Source: Spirochaetales bacterium
GTDB lineage: Bacteria > Spirochaetota > Spirochaetia > Treponematales > UBA12059
Direction of reading: 5' to 3'
Assembly (NCBI GenBank): GCA_016928955.1
Contig: JAFGJV010000033.1
Span: 1-64,000 of the forward strand
DNA length: 64,000 nt
The translations under genes were made by a program, and so were the position numbers. Position 1 is the first letter of the stretch. Each line of letters opens with the position of its first letter. This document shows positions 55,824-64,000 of the stretch, piece by piece. A model generated the notes under the pieces. It had not been told where the DNA came from and searched no databases. It saw only the letters and a list, made by a program, of their open reading frames with translations.

Positions 55824-57314
55824 CTACTTGAACATGCGCGCCACTGCCACGGCCTTGTCCCAGCGCTCAAGCAGCCGCTGCCTGGTTTCGTCTGCCAGCT
55901 CGGGCTGGAACTCGCGTTTGCGCCTCCAGTTGCGTTCCACGTCGTCCAGCCCGGACCAGTACCCGGTCCTGAGGCCGGCCAGGTAGGCAGCGCCCAGGGC
56001 GGTAACCTCACCCGTTTCAGGCAGTATCACGGGCCGGTCAAACACGTCGGCCTGGAACTGCATCAGGAAATTGTTGGCGCTGGCGCCGCCGTCTGCTTTG
56101 ATAAAGGGCACGGCGGTCCCATAGTCGTTTTCCATGGCCTTCAGAAGATCCCTGGACTGGTAGGCAACCGCCTCGAGCGCCGCCCGCACCAGGTGTGCCT
56201 TGGAAGTACCCCTGGTCACGCCCAGCACGGCTCCGCGGGCGTCCGGATCCCAGTACGGCGCGCCCATACCGACAAAAGCGGGGACCAGGACCACGCCGCC
56301 GGAATCTGGAACCGATCTGGCCAGGCGCTCGCTCTCGGCAGCGTCGGCCAGCACTTTCAACTCATCCCTCAGCCACTGTATGACCGCCCCGGCTATGAAC
56401 ACCGATCCTTCCAGGGCATAGGTATACCCCTTGCCCAAATCCCAGGCTATGGTCGTAAGAAGATTGTGTTTAGACGCCACGGCGTCCTTGCCCGTATTCA
56501 TCAGGGCAAAGCAGCCCGTGCCGTAGGTGTTTTTGCAGGCGCCGGGCTGGAAACACGCGTGCCCGAACAAGGCCGCCTGCTGGTCGCCAGCGCACCCGGT
56601 CACCGGTATTTCCGCGCCGAACAGGTCCTTGCGTGCATATCCGTAATCCGCCGAACTTGGAAGGACAGACGGCAGGATGGCCGCGGGTATGTTCATCATG
56701 CGGAGCAGCTCCTGGTCCCAGCTGCCCTCGTGGATGTTGAACAAGAGCGTTCGGGACGCGTTGGTAGCGTCCGTGGCGTGGCGTCCGGTCAGGCGGTATA
56801 TCAGCCATGAGTCCACCGTGCCGAACATCAGGTCGCCGCGCTCGGCCTTGGCCCGAAGGCCGGGAACCTGGTCGAACAGCCACATCAGCTTGGTGCCGGA
56901 AAAATACGGATCCAGCACCAGGCCTGTGCGCGTGCGGATTTCATCCTCGTAGCCAAGGGCCTTGAGTTCCTGGCAAATGCCAGCGGAGCGTCGGCACTGC
57001 CAGACAACGGCGTTGTGCACGGCCTTGCCCGTGGTCCGGTCCCACAGCAAGGTGGTCTCCCGCTGGTTGGTTATGCCTATAGCCGCTATCTGCGTGGGCA
57101 GGATCTGGGCGTCCTCTATAGCGTCGAGAGCGACCTCGTACTGGGTCCTCCAGATCTCTTCCGGATCGTGTTCCACCCAGCCTGGTTGGGGGTAGATCTG
57201 ATTGAACGGCAGCTGTTTCATGCCAATGACGATGCCGGACTGGTTGAACACGATGGCCCTGGACGAGGTGGTACCTTGGTCCAGGGCCAGGATGTAGCGT
57301 TCCTGCGTGGGCAT
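55824..57314 (-). CDS. glpK: Glycerol kinase
   Basis: LDQGTTSSRA, GITNQRET, PYFSGTK, DATNASRT, AGDQQAALFG, KNTYGTG, DGGASANN. Confidence 0.97.
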   Translation of the reverse strand: MPTQERYILALDQGTTSSRAIVFNQSGIVIGMKQLPFNQIYPQPGWVEHDPEEIWRTQYEVALDAIEDAQILPTQIAAIGITNQRETTLLWDRTTGKAVHNAVVWQCRRSAGICQELKALGYEDEIRTRTGLVLDPYFSGTKLMWLFDQVPGLRAKAERGDLMFGTVDSWLIYRLTGRHATDATNASRTLLFNIHEGSWDQELLRMMNIPAAILPSVLPSSADYGYARKDLFGAEIPVTGCAGDQQAALFGHACFQPGACKNTYGTGCFALMNTGKDAVASKHNLLTTIAWDLGKGYTYALEGSVFIAGAVIQWLRDELKVLADAAESERLARSVPDSGGVVLVPAFVGMGAPYWDPDARGAVLGVTRGTSKAHLVRAALEAVAYQSRDLLKAMENDYGTAVPFIKADGGASANNFLMQFQADVFDRPVILPETGEVTALGAAYLAGLRTGYWSGLDDVERNWRRKREFQPELADETRQRLLERWDKAVAVARMFK

Positions 57315-57315
57315 G

Positions 57316-58032
57316 TCAGGCGGCCTGTATCCTGGCAACCAAGCGGTCCACCAGGCACTGCATGGGGTCCACCAGGGGCACGGACACGTCAGCCTGGCCG
57401 AGCACCAGGCTCATTTCCGCGCACGCCACCACGACCAGGTCGGCCCCCCGGGCTATGAGCCTTGCGGCAGCCTGCTTGAGGAGACGGCGCGGTTCGTCGC
57501 CCACATTGCCCGCCTTGATGCCCTGCGGGCCATAAATGGCCTCCATGACAAAACGCTCCTGGGCTTCGGCGTCGGAGTAATGGACCCTGAGCTCAGGCAC
57601 ATGGCGCTCGAACAGCTCTGCCTTGATGGCGCCCGTGGTGGCAAGCACGCCGATGCGCTTGACCGCGGGATATTTGGCGGACAGATGGTCCTTGAGCGCG
57701 TCAAAAGCAGACATAAACTCGCAGTGGACGGCTGCGCGCAAGCCGTCCAGATACGCGTGCGCCGTGACGGACGCAACAACGCAGAGCGTGGCGCCCGCTT
57801 GCGTGAGGCGCCGCGCTGACGCCATCAGGGCCGGCAGGGGGTCTGGCCCCGTTCCGAGGATGTGTTCGGTCCTGTCCGGAATTGAAGGATCGGAATCCAC
57901 GATGACGCGGGGATGGCCGGAGTCGCCCGGAGCCCTCACAGCCAAGGTCAGCTTCTTGAACAACTCGGCCGTTGCCAGAGGCCCCATGCCCCCAATGATG
58001 CCAATAACCGGTGCCGTGCCGCGTTCCGCCAT
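57316..58032 (-). CDS. Aspartate/glutamate racemase family protein with non-canonical active site
   Basis: IGIIGGMGPLAT, IPDRT, ASVTAH, GVLATTG, ACAE; GGAGG RBS before ATG 58032. Confidence 0.88.
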   Translation of the reverse strand: MAERGTAPVIGIIGGMGPLATAELFKKLTLAVRAPGDSGHPRVIVDSDPSIPDRTEHILGTGPDPLPALMASARRLTQAGATLCVVASVTAHAYLDGLRAAVHCEFMSAFDALKDHLSAKYPAVKRIGVLATTGAIKAELFERHVPELRVHYSDAEAQERFVMEAIYGPQGIKAGNVGDEPRRLLKQAAARLIARGADLVVVACAEMSLVLGQADVSVPLVDPMQCLVDRLVARIQAA

Positions 58033-58239
58033 ACGTCCTCCCTCTTGCTTGTGGCGCGCTGGTCCCGGGACGGGTCGCCATACCGGTACCCGGCAGTGCC
58101 GCCGCGCCCCATTACGTCCAGTATAAGCGGACAGACAAAGCCATCGCAATGATAAACCCTCACATGGCGGCGGAGGGCTTGCCCAAGAAGGCTTTTTTTC
58201 CGATACTGGGTAGGTGCCCTGGCTCACCAGCCTGGACAC

Positions 58240-58313
58240 GCCGCCGATTTATACCGAATTGCGGGCGGGTTGCGCGGGCTTATGCCCGACGCAAGGAAAC
58301 CAGCTAAAAGGGA
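58240..58313 (+). ncRNA. SAM-II class riboswitch aptamer (long-loop variant) in the metK leader
   Basis: CCGCC-GATTT-ATA-CCG-AA-TTGC-G-GGCGG ... AAAC-CAGCTAAAAGGG matches the SAM-II pattern, with a hairpin inserted at 58270-58294; TTGCCC-N17-GATACT promoter at 58179-58207; lies upstream of SAM synthetase. Confidence 0.8.
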
Positions 58314-58421
58314 GGGCGCCCTGGCTCCTCGCGGCGTCTCGCTCATCCTCCCGACAGCATGTTCCACGCTCCCCGTTGTCCAGTCGTGCGGAACTATATC
58401 CACGCATCACGGGAGGATAGT

Positions 58422-59588
58422 ATGAAAGACCAACGGTATCTGTTCACCTCGGAATCCGTCGGGGAGGGACATCCGGACAAGCTGTGCGACCAGGTATCTG
58501 ACGCGGTGTTGGACGCCTGCCTTGCCGAGGATCCGGAGAGCCACGTAGCCTGCGAAACCTTCGCCACAACGGGCATGGTCCTGGTCGGCGGCGAAATCAC
58601 CACCAATACCTACGTGGACATTCAAACGCTCGTCCGCGACGTCGTCAGGGACATCGGCTACACCAACCCGGACTACGGCCTGGATTTCGAGTCCATGGCC
58701 ATACTCAACACCATCCACTCCCAGTCGCCGGACATCAACCAGGGCGTGGTCGGCCAGGGGCTCAAGGAGTACACGGGCCAGCAAGGCGCAGGCGACCAGG
58801 GCATGATGTTCGGCTTTGCCTGCACGGAGACGCCCGAATTGATGCCGGCGCCCATCCATTACGCCCACGCCCTTTTGCTCAGGGCCACCGAGCTCCGCAA
58901 GGGCAAGGTGCTTCCCTGGCTCCGCCCCGACGCCAAAAGCCAGGTAACGCTGGAATACGAGGGGCACAAGCCGGTGCGGGCTGACGCGGTGGTCGTGTCG
59001 CACCAGCACGACCCTGACGTGCCGTATGAACGCATCAAGGAAGCGGTCATAGAGGAAATCATCCGCCCGGTGCTGGAGCCCACGGGCCTTCTGACGGCAG
59101 ACACCAAGTATTTTGTCAATCCGACCGGCCGCTTTGTCATAGGCGGCCCCATGGGCGACACGGGGCTCACCGGACGAAAAATAATCGTCGACACCTACGG
59201 TGGCATGGGCCGCCACGGCGGCGGTGCGTTCTCGGGCAAGGATCCGTCCAAGGTCGACAGGTCCGCAGCCTACATGGCGCGCTATGTTGCCAAGAACGTG
59301 GTAGCCGCGGGTCTTGCCGAACGCTGTGAGGTGGAGCTTGCTTACGCAATTGGCGTGCCATTCCCGGTGTCCATCATGGTTGACACGTTTGATACGGGCA
59401 AGGAACCGGAGCATCGCATCATAGAAGCCATCCGGAAGGTATTTGACCTGAGCCCCGCGGGCATCGTCCGCACGCTCAGACTCAAGGCTCCCATTTACCG
59501 CAAAACCGCCGCGTACGGTCACTTTGGCCGGGACGGCTTCTCGTGGGAAGCGACCGACAAGGCTAAGGAACTGATGGCCGCTATCTAA
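58422..59588 (+). CDS. metK: S-adenosylmethionine synthetase
   Basis: [44 protein letters not shown]. Confidence 0.98.
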   Translation: MKDQRYLFTSESVGEGHPDKLCDQVSDAVLDACLAEDPESHVACETFATTGMVLVGGEITTNTYVDIQTLVRDVVRDIGYTNPDYGLDFESMAILNTIHSQSPDINQGVVGQGLKEYTGQQGAGDQGMMFGFACTETPELMPAPIHYAHALLLRATELRKGKVLPWLRPDAKSQVTLEYEGHKPVRADAVVVSHQHDPDVPYERIKEAVIEEIIRPVLEPTGLLTADTKYFVNPTGRFVIGGPMGDTGLTGRKIIVDTYGGMGRHGGGAFSGKDPSKVDRSAAYMARYVAKNVVAAGLAERCEVELAYAIGVPFPVSIMVDTFDTGKEPEHRIIEAIRKVFDLSPAGIVRTLRLKAPIYRKTAAYGHFGRDGFSWEATDKAKELMAAI

Positions 59589-59616
59589 GCAGGAGCTGAT
59601 CCACCGTACAACACTC

Positions 59617-59648
59617 GGGCGGCCGGAAGATTCCGGCCGCCTTTTTTA
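59617..59648 (+). terminator. Intrinsic terminator after metK
   Basis: GGCGGCCGGAA-GA-TTCCGGCCGCC followed by T6. Confidence 0.85.
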
Positions 59649-59809
59649 TCGCCGACAGGCTCTTGCACAAGATCATGGGCAGAGGGATACTGCGGACCAT
59701 ATCTGGCGCGCCATAATTGACGCCCACTAATTTTACACTATTAGGCCTTGTGTCATATTAAAGACATGCGGTTACATAATCGTGCGCGGGCATGTGAGGT
59801 ACTTCTTTC

Positions 59810-61027
59810 ATGGAATCCATCAGGGATCTGTTCAGAATCGGCCACGGACCGTCCTCCAGCCACACCATGGGACCACGCTCTGCCGCCGAGCGCTTTTATG
59901 CCGACCATCCGGACGCGGCAGCATTCCGGGCCACCTTGTACGGCAGTCTGGCCGCGACCGGAAGAGGCCATTTTACCGACCGGGCGATCATGGATGCATT
60001 CGGTGTAAAACCCGTGGATATCGTGTGGAAACCGGAGGAGAGCCTTCCCTATCATCCTAATGCCTTGAAGCTTGAGGCTATTTCTCCCACAGGCATCATT
60101 CAGGCGGAAGAAACCATATACAGTGTCGGAGGCGGCAAGGTTGTTCGGGAAGGACAGTACCTCATGCAAGCCGCGGATACCTATGCGTTGTCTTCCCTGA
60201 GCGACATCCTTGCGTACGTTGACATGCATGGCCAGATGTTCTGGGAATATGTTCAGGACTGCGAGGGACCGGATATCTGGGACTTCCTCAGTGAAATATG
60301 GAAGACGATGAAGACATCTGTGGAGCGCGGCATAGAAACCGAGGGTGTCCTGCCTGGCGATCTTCGACTCCAGAGAAAAGCATCCTCCTACCATGTTCGG
60401 GCCAATGGGTTTCGAGGATCGCTGAAACGACGCTCGCTGCTGTACGCATACGCACTGGCAGTGGCGGAAGAAAACGCGGCCGGGAACGTCATCGTCACCG
60501 CGCCGACCTGCGGCTCATGCGGGGTATTGCCGGGCGTCTTGTACAACCTGGCGGCAAACTACGGCTTTGCGGACACAAAGATTCTGCGCGCCCTTGCCAC
60601 CGCCGGTCTTATCGGTACCTTGGTCAAGCACAACGCGTCCATATCCGGAGCACAGGTTGGCTGTCAGGGCGAGATTGGCACGGCGTGTTCCATGGCTGCA
60701 GCGGCTGCAGCCCAGTTGTTTGGCGGTTCTCCGGCTCAGATAGAATACGCGGCCGAGATGGGGCTTGAACATCACCTGGGACTTACCTGCGATCCTATCG
60801 GCGGTTATGTGCAGATTCCTTGCATCGAGAGGAACGCCTTTGCCGCGTCTAGAGCGTTGGACGCCAACACCTACGCGCTGCTTTCTGACGGGAGACATCG
60901 CATCAGCTTTGACTTCATTGTGGACACGATGAACAAGACCGGCAAAGATCTTCCCCGTATTTACAAAGAAACATCTCTTGGTGGCCTGGCTCTCGCATCT
61001 GGGGCTCAGCGGTATCGACCTCATTAA
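59810..61027 (+). CDS. sdaA: Fe-S L-serine dehydratase, single chain
   Basis: GPSSSHTMGP, YGSLAATG.GH, SVGGG, APTCGSCG, GCQGEIG, LGLTCDP, PCIERN. Confidence 0.95.
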   Translation: MESIRDLFRIGHGPSSSHTMGPRSAAERFYADHPDAAAFRATLYGSLAATGRGHFTDRAIMDAFGVKPVDIVWKPEESLPYHPNALKLEAISPTGIIQAEETIYSVGGGKVVREGQYLMQAADTYALSSLSDILAYVDMHGQMFWEYVQDCEGPDIWDFLSEIWKTMKTSVERGIETEGVLPGDLRLQRKASSYHVRANGFRGSLKRRSLLYAYALAVAEENAAGNVIVTAPTCGSCGVLPGVLYNLAANYGFADTKILRALATAGLIGTLVKHNASISGAQVGCQGEIGTACSMAAAAAAQLFGGSPAQIEYAAEMGLEHHLGLTCDPIGGYVQIPCIERNAFAASRALDANTYALLSDGRHRISFDFIVDTMNKTGKDLPRIYKETSLGGLALASGAQRYRPH

Positions 61028-61035
61028 GCGCCGCC

Positions 61036-61051
61036 CGTTTCACGTGAAACA
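61036..61051. other. parS centromere-like site
   Basis: CGTTTCACGTGAAACA, a 15/16 match to TGTTTCACGTGAAACA. Confidence 0.85.
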
Positions 61052-61328
61052 TTCTGTCACCCGCCTTGGGACCAACGTATCTACCCATTGTTCTTTGCTG
61101 TGTTCCTATCCCGCCATCCATAGTGTTTTCCACACAATCAACGAACACTCTTCATAAGCTTGCACATGCCAGCAGGCTGTTTAAAAGCATCTGTAGTTGA
61201 ATAAGAGGCTTAAACATCTTCAGGTTTATAAGCCCACTAGATGTCTCTGGTCGAAAGGACTGGTATGCCATACACTTGGGCTGCGCGCTCGTAGTGGAAG
61301 CGCATCAGCGTAAAGGAGGAAGAAACTC

Positions 61329-61652
61329 ATGCATAGATCTCGTGGATTGGTGATCAGGGCTACCGCTGTTGTCTGCCTAATACTCGGCATGGCCTTGGGT
61401 GCGTGCTCCCTGTTTGAGGGAACCAGTCTTGAACGCCAGATAGAGCGGCTTCAACGGGACGCGGCGGATATCGTAAAGAAATTAAAGACAGAAGACGATC
61501 CAAGGGCAAAAGCTCGGCTGGAGAAAGACCTGAAAAAAATCCAGGAAAACCTGTCCGAGGCCATGGAAAAGGCAGCTAAAGAACTCAAAAAGGTGGATTT
61601 TGAAGGGATGTTCGAAGACATAGGAGAAGGTATCAAGTCACTCGGTGACTGA
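61329..61652 (+). CDS. Small coiled-coil lipoprotein, function unknown
   Basis: AAGGAGG RBS; lipobox LGAC; charged amphipathic helices. Confidence 0.75.
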   Translation: MHRSRGLVIRATAVVCLILGMALGACSLFEGTSLERQIERLQRDAADIVKKLKTEDDPRAKARLEKDLKKIQENLSEAMEKAAKELKKVDFEGMFEDIGEGIKSLGD

Positions 61653-61733
61653 GGCTTCCGGGGAACCGGTTTCCCGCATACGCTGACCACGAACCATACC
61701 GTTTGAGCTTTCTGACAAAAACAAAGGGCCGGA

Positions 61734-61749
61734 TGTTTCACGTGAAACA
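61734..61749. other. parS site at the centre of a 42-bp perfect palindrome
   Basis: Exact TGTTTCACGTGAAACA inside ACAAAGGGCCGGA..TCCGGCCCTTTGT (61721-61762). Confidence 0.9.
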
Positions 61750-61786
61750 TCCGGCCCTTTGTATGCGTTCACTCGTTAATTGTGCG

Positions 61787-64000
61787 TTACTCTTCGGTAT
61801 CGCTCGGAGCTGCGCTGGTTTGTTCCTCGGTACCTGCCTCCGTCCCAGTAGCGTCGCGCAAATTCGGCTCAGCCTCTAGGCTTGCTCCCGCCGGACTGTC
61901 GCCCTCTTCCTCCCGGGCTATACGATCCATGCCAACCACAAAATCGGGCGCGTCTATGTTGACTATCCGGACTCCCTTGGCCGTTTTACCGCACAGCCGG
62001 ACACCTTCGGCCTTGATCTTCAGGGTTTTGCCCAGGCTGGTCATGATCACCACATCGTCGCTTTCACGTATGGATATGGCGCATACCAGGTCGCCGTTCT
62101 CTGGATCGTAGATGCGCTGTCCGCCGGTACCACGCCCGTGTTCGGAGAAGTTGTCGTAGTCAGTGCGCTTGCCATAGCCCGTTTCGCTGATCAACAGCAT
62201 CTGTTCGTTCTCGGCTACTCGGAGCATGGCGCACAGTTCGTCCTCGGCTACCTTCAGGCTGATACCCCTGACGCCTCGGCTTCCCCTGCCCATAACCCGT
62301 ACGGCTTCTTCTTTGATGCGAAGGGCCTGGCCGCGCTTGGTGATCAAGACCACCTCGTTCGAACCGCTGGTCTTGCACGCCGATACCAGCCGGTCGTTTT
62401 CATCCAGATGGATGGCTATGATGCCCCTGGCCTTGGCGTTGACAAATTCCTTGGTCGCCACCTTTTTCACAACACCGCGCAAGGTACCAAGCATCAGGAA
62501 GACGTCGTCGGTAAAGCCCTTGATGTCAACGATGGTGGTGATTTCCTCGTCCGGGCCAATGGCCAGAAGGCTCTTGATATGGGCACCGCGCGCGGCCTTG
62601 CTGGCCTCCGGGATTTCATGCACCTTTTGCCAGTACGCCTTGCCTGCGCTGGTGATGAACATCAGGTAGTCATGGGTATTGGCGATGAATATCTGCTCTA
62701 TGAAATCATCCTCGAGCAAGGCCGCCGAATTGGATCCCTTGCCTCCCCTGCCCTGGTTCTTGTAGGCGCTGGTGGCAACGCGTTTGATGAAGCCCTTGTT
62801 CGATATGAGGATGACCATTTCCTCGCGCTTGATCAAATCCTCTATATTGATAGCCTCAACCTCGTCATGGACGATTTCCGTCCGCCTGGGATCGCCGTAT
62901 TTATCGGCGATGACCCTGGTCTCTTCCTTTATCAATGCCAGGATCTTGGGCGGGTTGGCCAGCAGATCCTTGTAGTAGGCGATCTTGGCGCGGATTTCTT
63001 CCAACTCTGCGCGAAGCTTCTCTATTTCAAGGCTGGTAAGGCGACCCAGACGCATGTCGACGATGGCCTGAGCCTGTATCTCGCTCAGGGCAAAACGCTC
63101 CATTAGGGCTATCTTGGCGGCGTCCACGTTGGCCGACGCCTTGATAATGCGCACTACCTCGTCGATATTCTCGATGGCTATGACCAAGCCTTCCAAGATG
63201 TGGGCGCGTTCCTCCGCCTTGCGAAGCTCGAAGCGCGTCCTCCTTGTGACCACATCCACCCGGTGGTCGACAAAGCACTTGATCAGGTCTTTCAGGGACA
63301 GGAGCTTGGGCCGGCCCCCTACCAGGGCCAGGTTGATGACGCCGAAGGTAGACTGGAGCGGCGTGTGCGCGAACAGGCGGTTGAGGACCAGCTTGGCCAC
63401 GGCGCCGCGCTTCAGTTCGATCACCACGCGCATGCCCTCGCGGTCTGACTCGTCGCGTACGTCCGAGGCCCCGTCCACCACCTTGTCGCGCATCAGCTCG
63501 GCTATCTTGACGATCAGGTTGGCCTTGTTGACGGTATAGGGAATCTCCGTAAAGACGATCTGTTCCCTGCCGCCTTTCAGCGTCTCTATGCTGAACTTGC
63601 CGCGGACGGTCAGCTTGCCTTTTCCGTTTATATACGCTTCCCGTATGCCCCGTTTGCCAAAAATAATGCCGCCGGTCGGGAAATCCGGACCGATCACATA
63701 CTTCATCAGTCCGTCTATGCTGATGTCCGGGTTGTCAATGTAGGCCGCAATGGCATCCGTCACCTCGCCAAGATTATGGGGAGCCATGTTGGTGGCCATG
63801 CCCACGGCGATGCCCGACGACCCATTGACCAGGAGATTCGGGAAGGACGCAGGCAGCACGACGGGTTCCCGCAGGCTCTCGTCGTAGTTGGGCACAAAGT
63901 CCACGGTTTCCTTGTCCAAGTCCGCGAGCATTTCGTCGCCCAGCTTGGACAGCTTGGCTTCCGTATAGCGGCTGGCGGCTGGCGGGTCACCATCCACCGA
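61787..64000 (-). CDS. gyrA: DNA gyrase subunit A (5' end outside the window)
   Basis: Catalytic [27 protein letters not shown], GyrA-box QGRGGKG, beta-pinwheel repeats and acidic tail. Confidence 0.96.
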   Translation of the reverse strand, partial: SVDGDPPAASRYTEAKLSKLGDEMLADLDKETVDFVPNYDESLREPVVLPASFPNLLVNGSSGIAVGMATNMAPHNLGEVTDAIAAYIDNPDISIDGLMKYVIGPDFPTGGIIFGKRGIREAYINGKGKLTVRGKFSIETLKGGREQIVFTEIPYTVNKANLIVKIAELMRDKVVDGASDVRDESDREGMRVVIELKRGAVAKLVLNRLFAHTPLQSTFGVINLALVGGRPKLLSLKDLIKCFVDHRVDVVTRRTRFELRKAEERAHILEGLVIAIENIDEVVRIIKASANVDAAKIALMERFALSEIQAQAIVDMRLGRLTSLEIEKLRAELEEIRAKIAYYKDLLANPPKILALIKEETRVIADKYGDPRRTEIVHDEVEAINIEDLIKREEMVILISNKGFIKRVATSAYKNQGRGGKGSNSAALLEDDFIEQIFIANTHDYLMFITSAGKAYWQKVHEIPEASKAARGAHIKSLLAIGPDEEITTIVDIKGFTDDVFLMLGTLRGVVKKVATKEFVNAKARGIIAIHLDENDRLVSACKTSGSNEVVLITKRGQALRIKEEAVRVMGRGSRGVRGISLKVAEDELCAMLRVAENEQMLLISETGYGKRTDYDNFSEHGRGTGGQRIYDPENGDLVCAISIRESDDVVIMTSLGKTLKIKAEGVRLCGKTAKGVRIVNIDAPDFVVGMDRIAREEEGDSPAGASLEAEPNLRDATGTEAGTEEQTSAAPSDTEE

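Noticed and set aside
58200..58420. SAM-I (S-box) riboswitch
   Set aside because: No ATCNAGAG..GAGGGA..GCAACC..GTGC core; the sequence fits SAM-II instead.
61052..61328. oriC in the AT-rich intergenic region near gyrA
   Set aside because: Only one DnaA-box-like 9-mer (TTTTCCACA, 61126-61134) and no box cluster or dnaA gene.
1..64000. CRISPR array, IS element, rRNA or defence island
   Set aside because: No regularly spaced repeats, transposase, rRNA or recognisable defence genes were seen by eye.

Overview
High-GC bacterial chromosome segment, most likely from a free-living or anaerobic spirochaete (inferred from gene content and lipoprotein signal style; not verifiable here). It is probably origin-proximal, since it carries two parS sites and gyrA. 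From left to right: two paralogous chemoreceptors and an orphan sensor kinase; an nfeD-floA-yqfB-like membrane-microdomain operon; a ~13.5 kb maltodextrin/starch locus (neopullulanase plus radical SAM enzyme, malEFG/malA-like ABC system, lipoprotein amylase and pullulanase, PfkB kinase) with two LacI-type operators; an accessory block between tRNA-Gly and tRNA-Ile2; a REC-like/RsbW-like/cNMP protein; dinB-family, mgtC and tldD/tldE genes; an RpoS-like sigma factor behind a sigma54 promoter; glgX; fabD-fabG-fabF; thyX; a TetR-RND efflux operon with an extra unknown lipoprotein; a racemase-glpK pair; metK with a SAM-II-type riboswitch; sdaA; gyrA. No CRISPR array, rRNA, integrase or transposase was seen. 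The most notable items are a tRNA-fragment palindromic element downstream of tRNA-Ile2, an AcbK/Mak (acarbose kinase)-like PfkB gene heading the amylase operon, the SAM-II long-loop riboswitch, the sigma54-to-RpoS cascade and recurrent leaderless gene starts. All calls are from motif reading by eye, without database searches.
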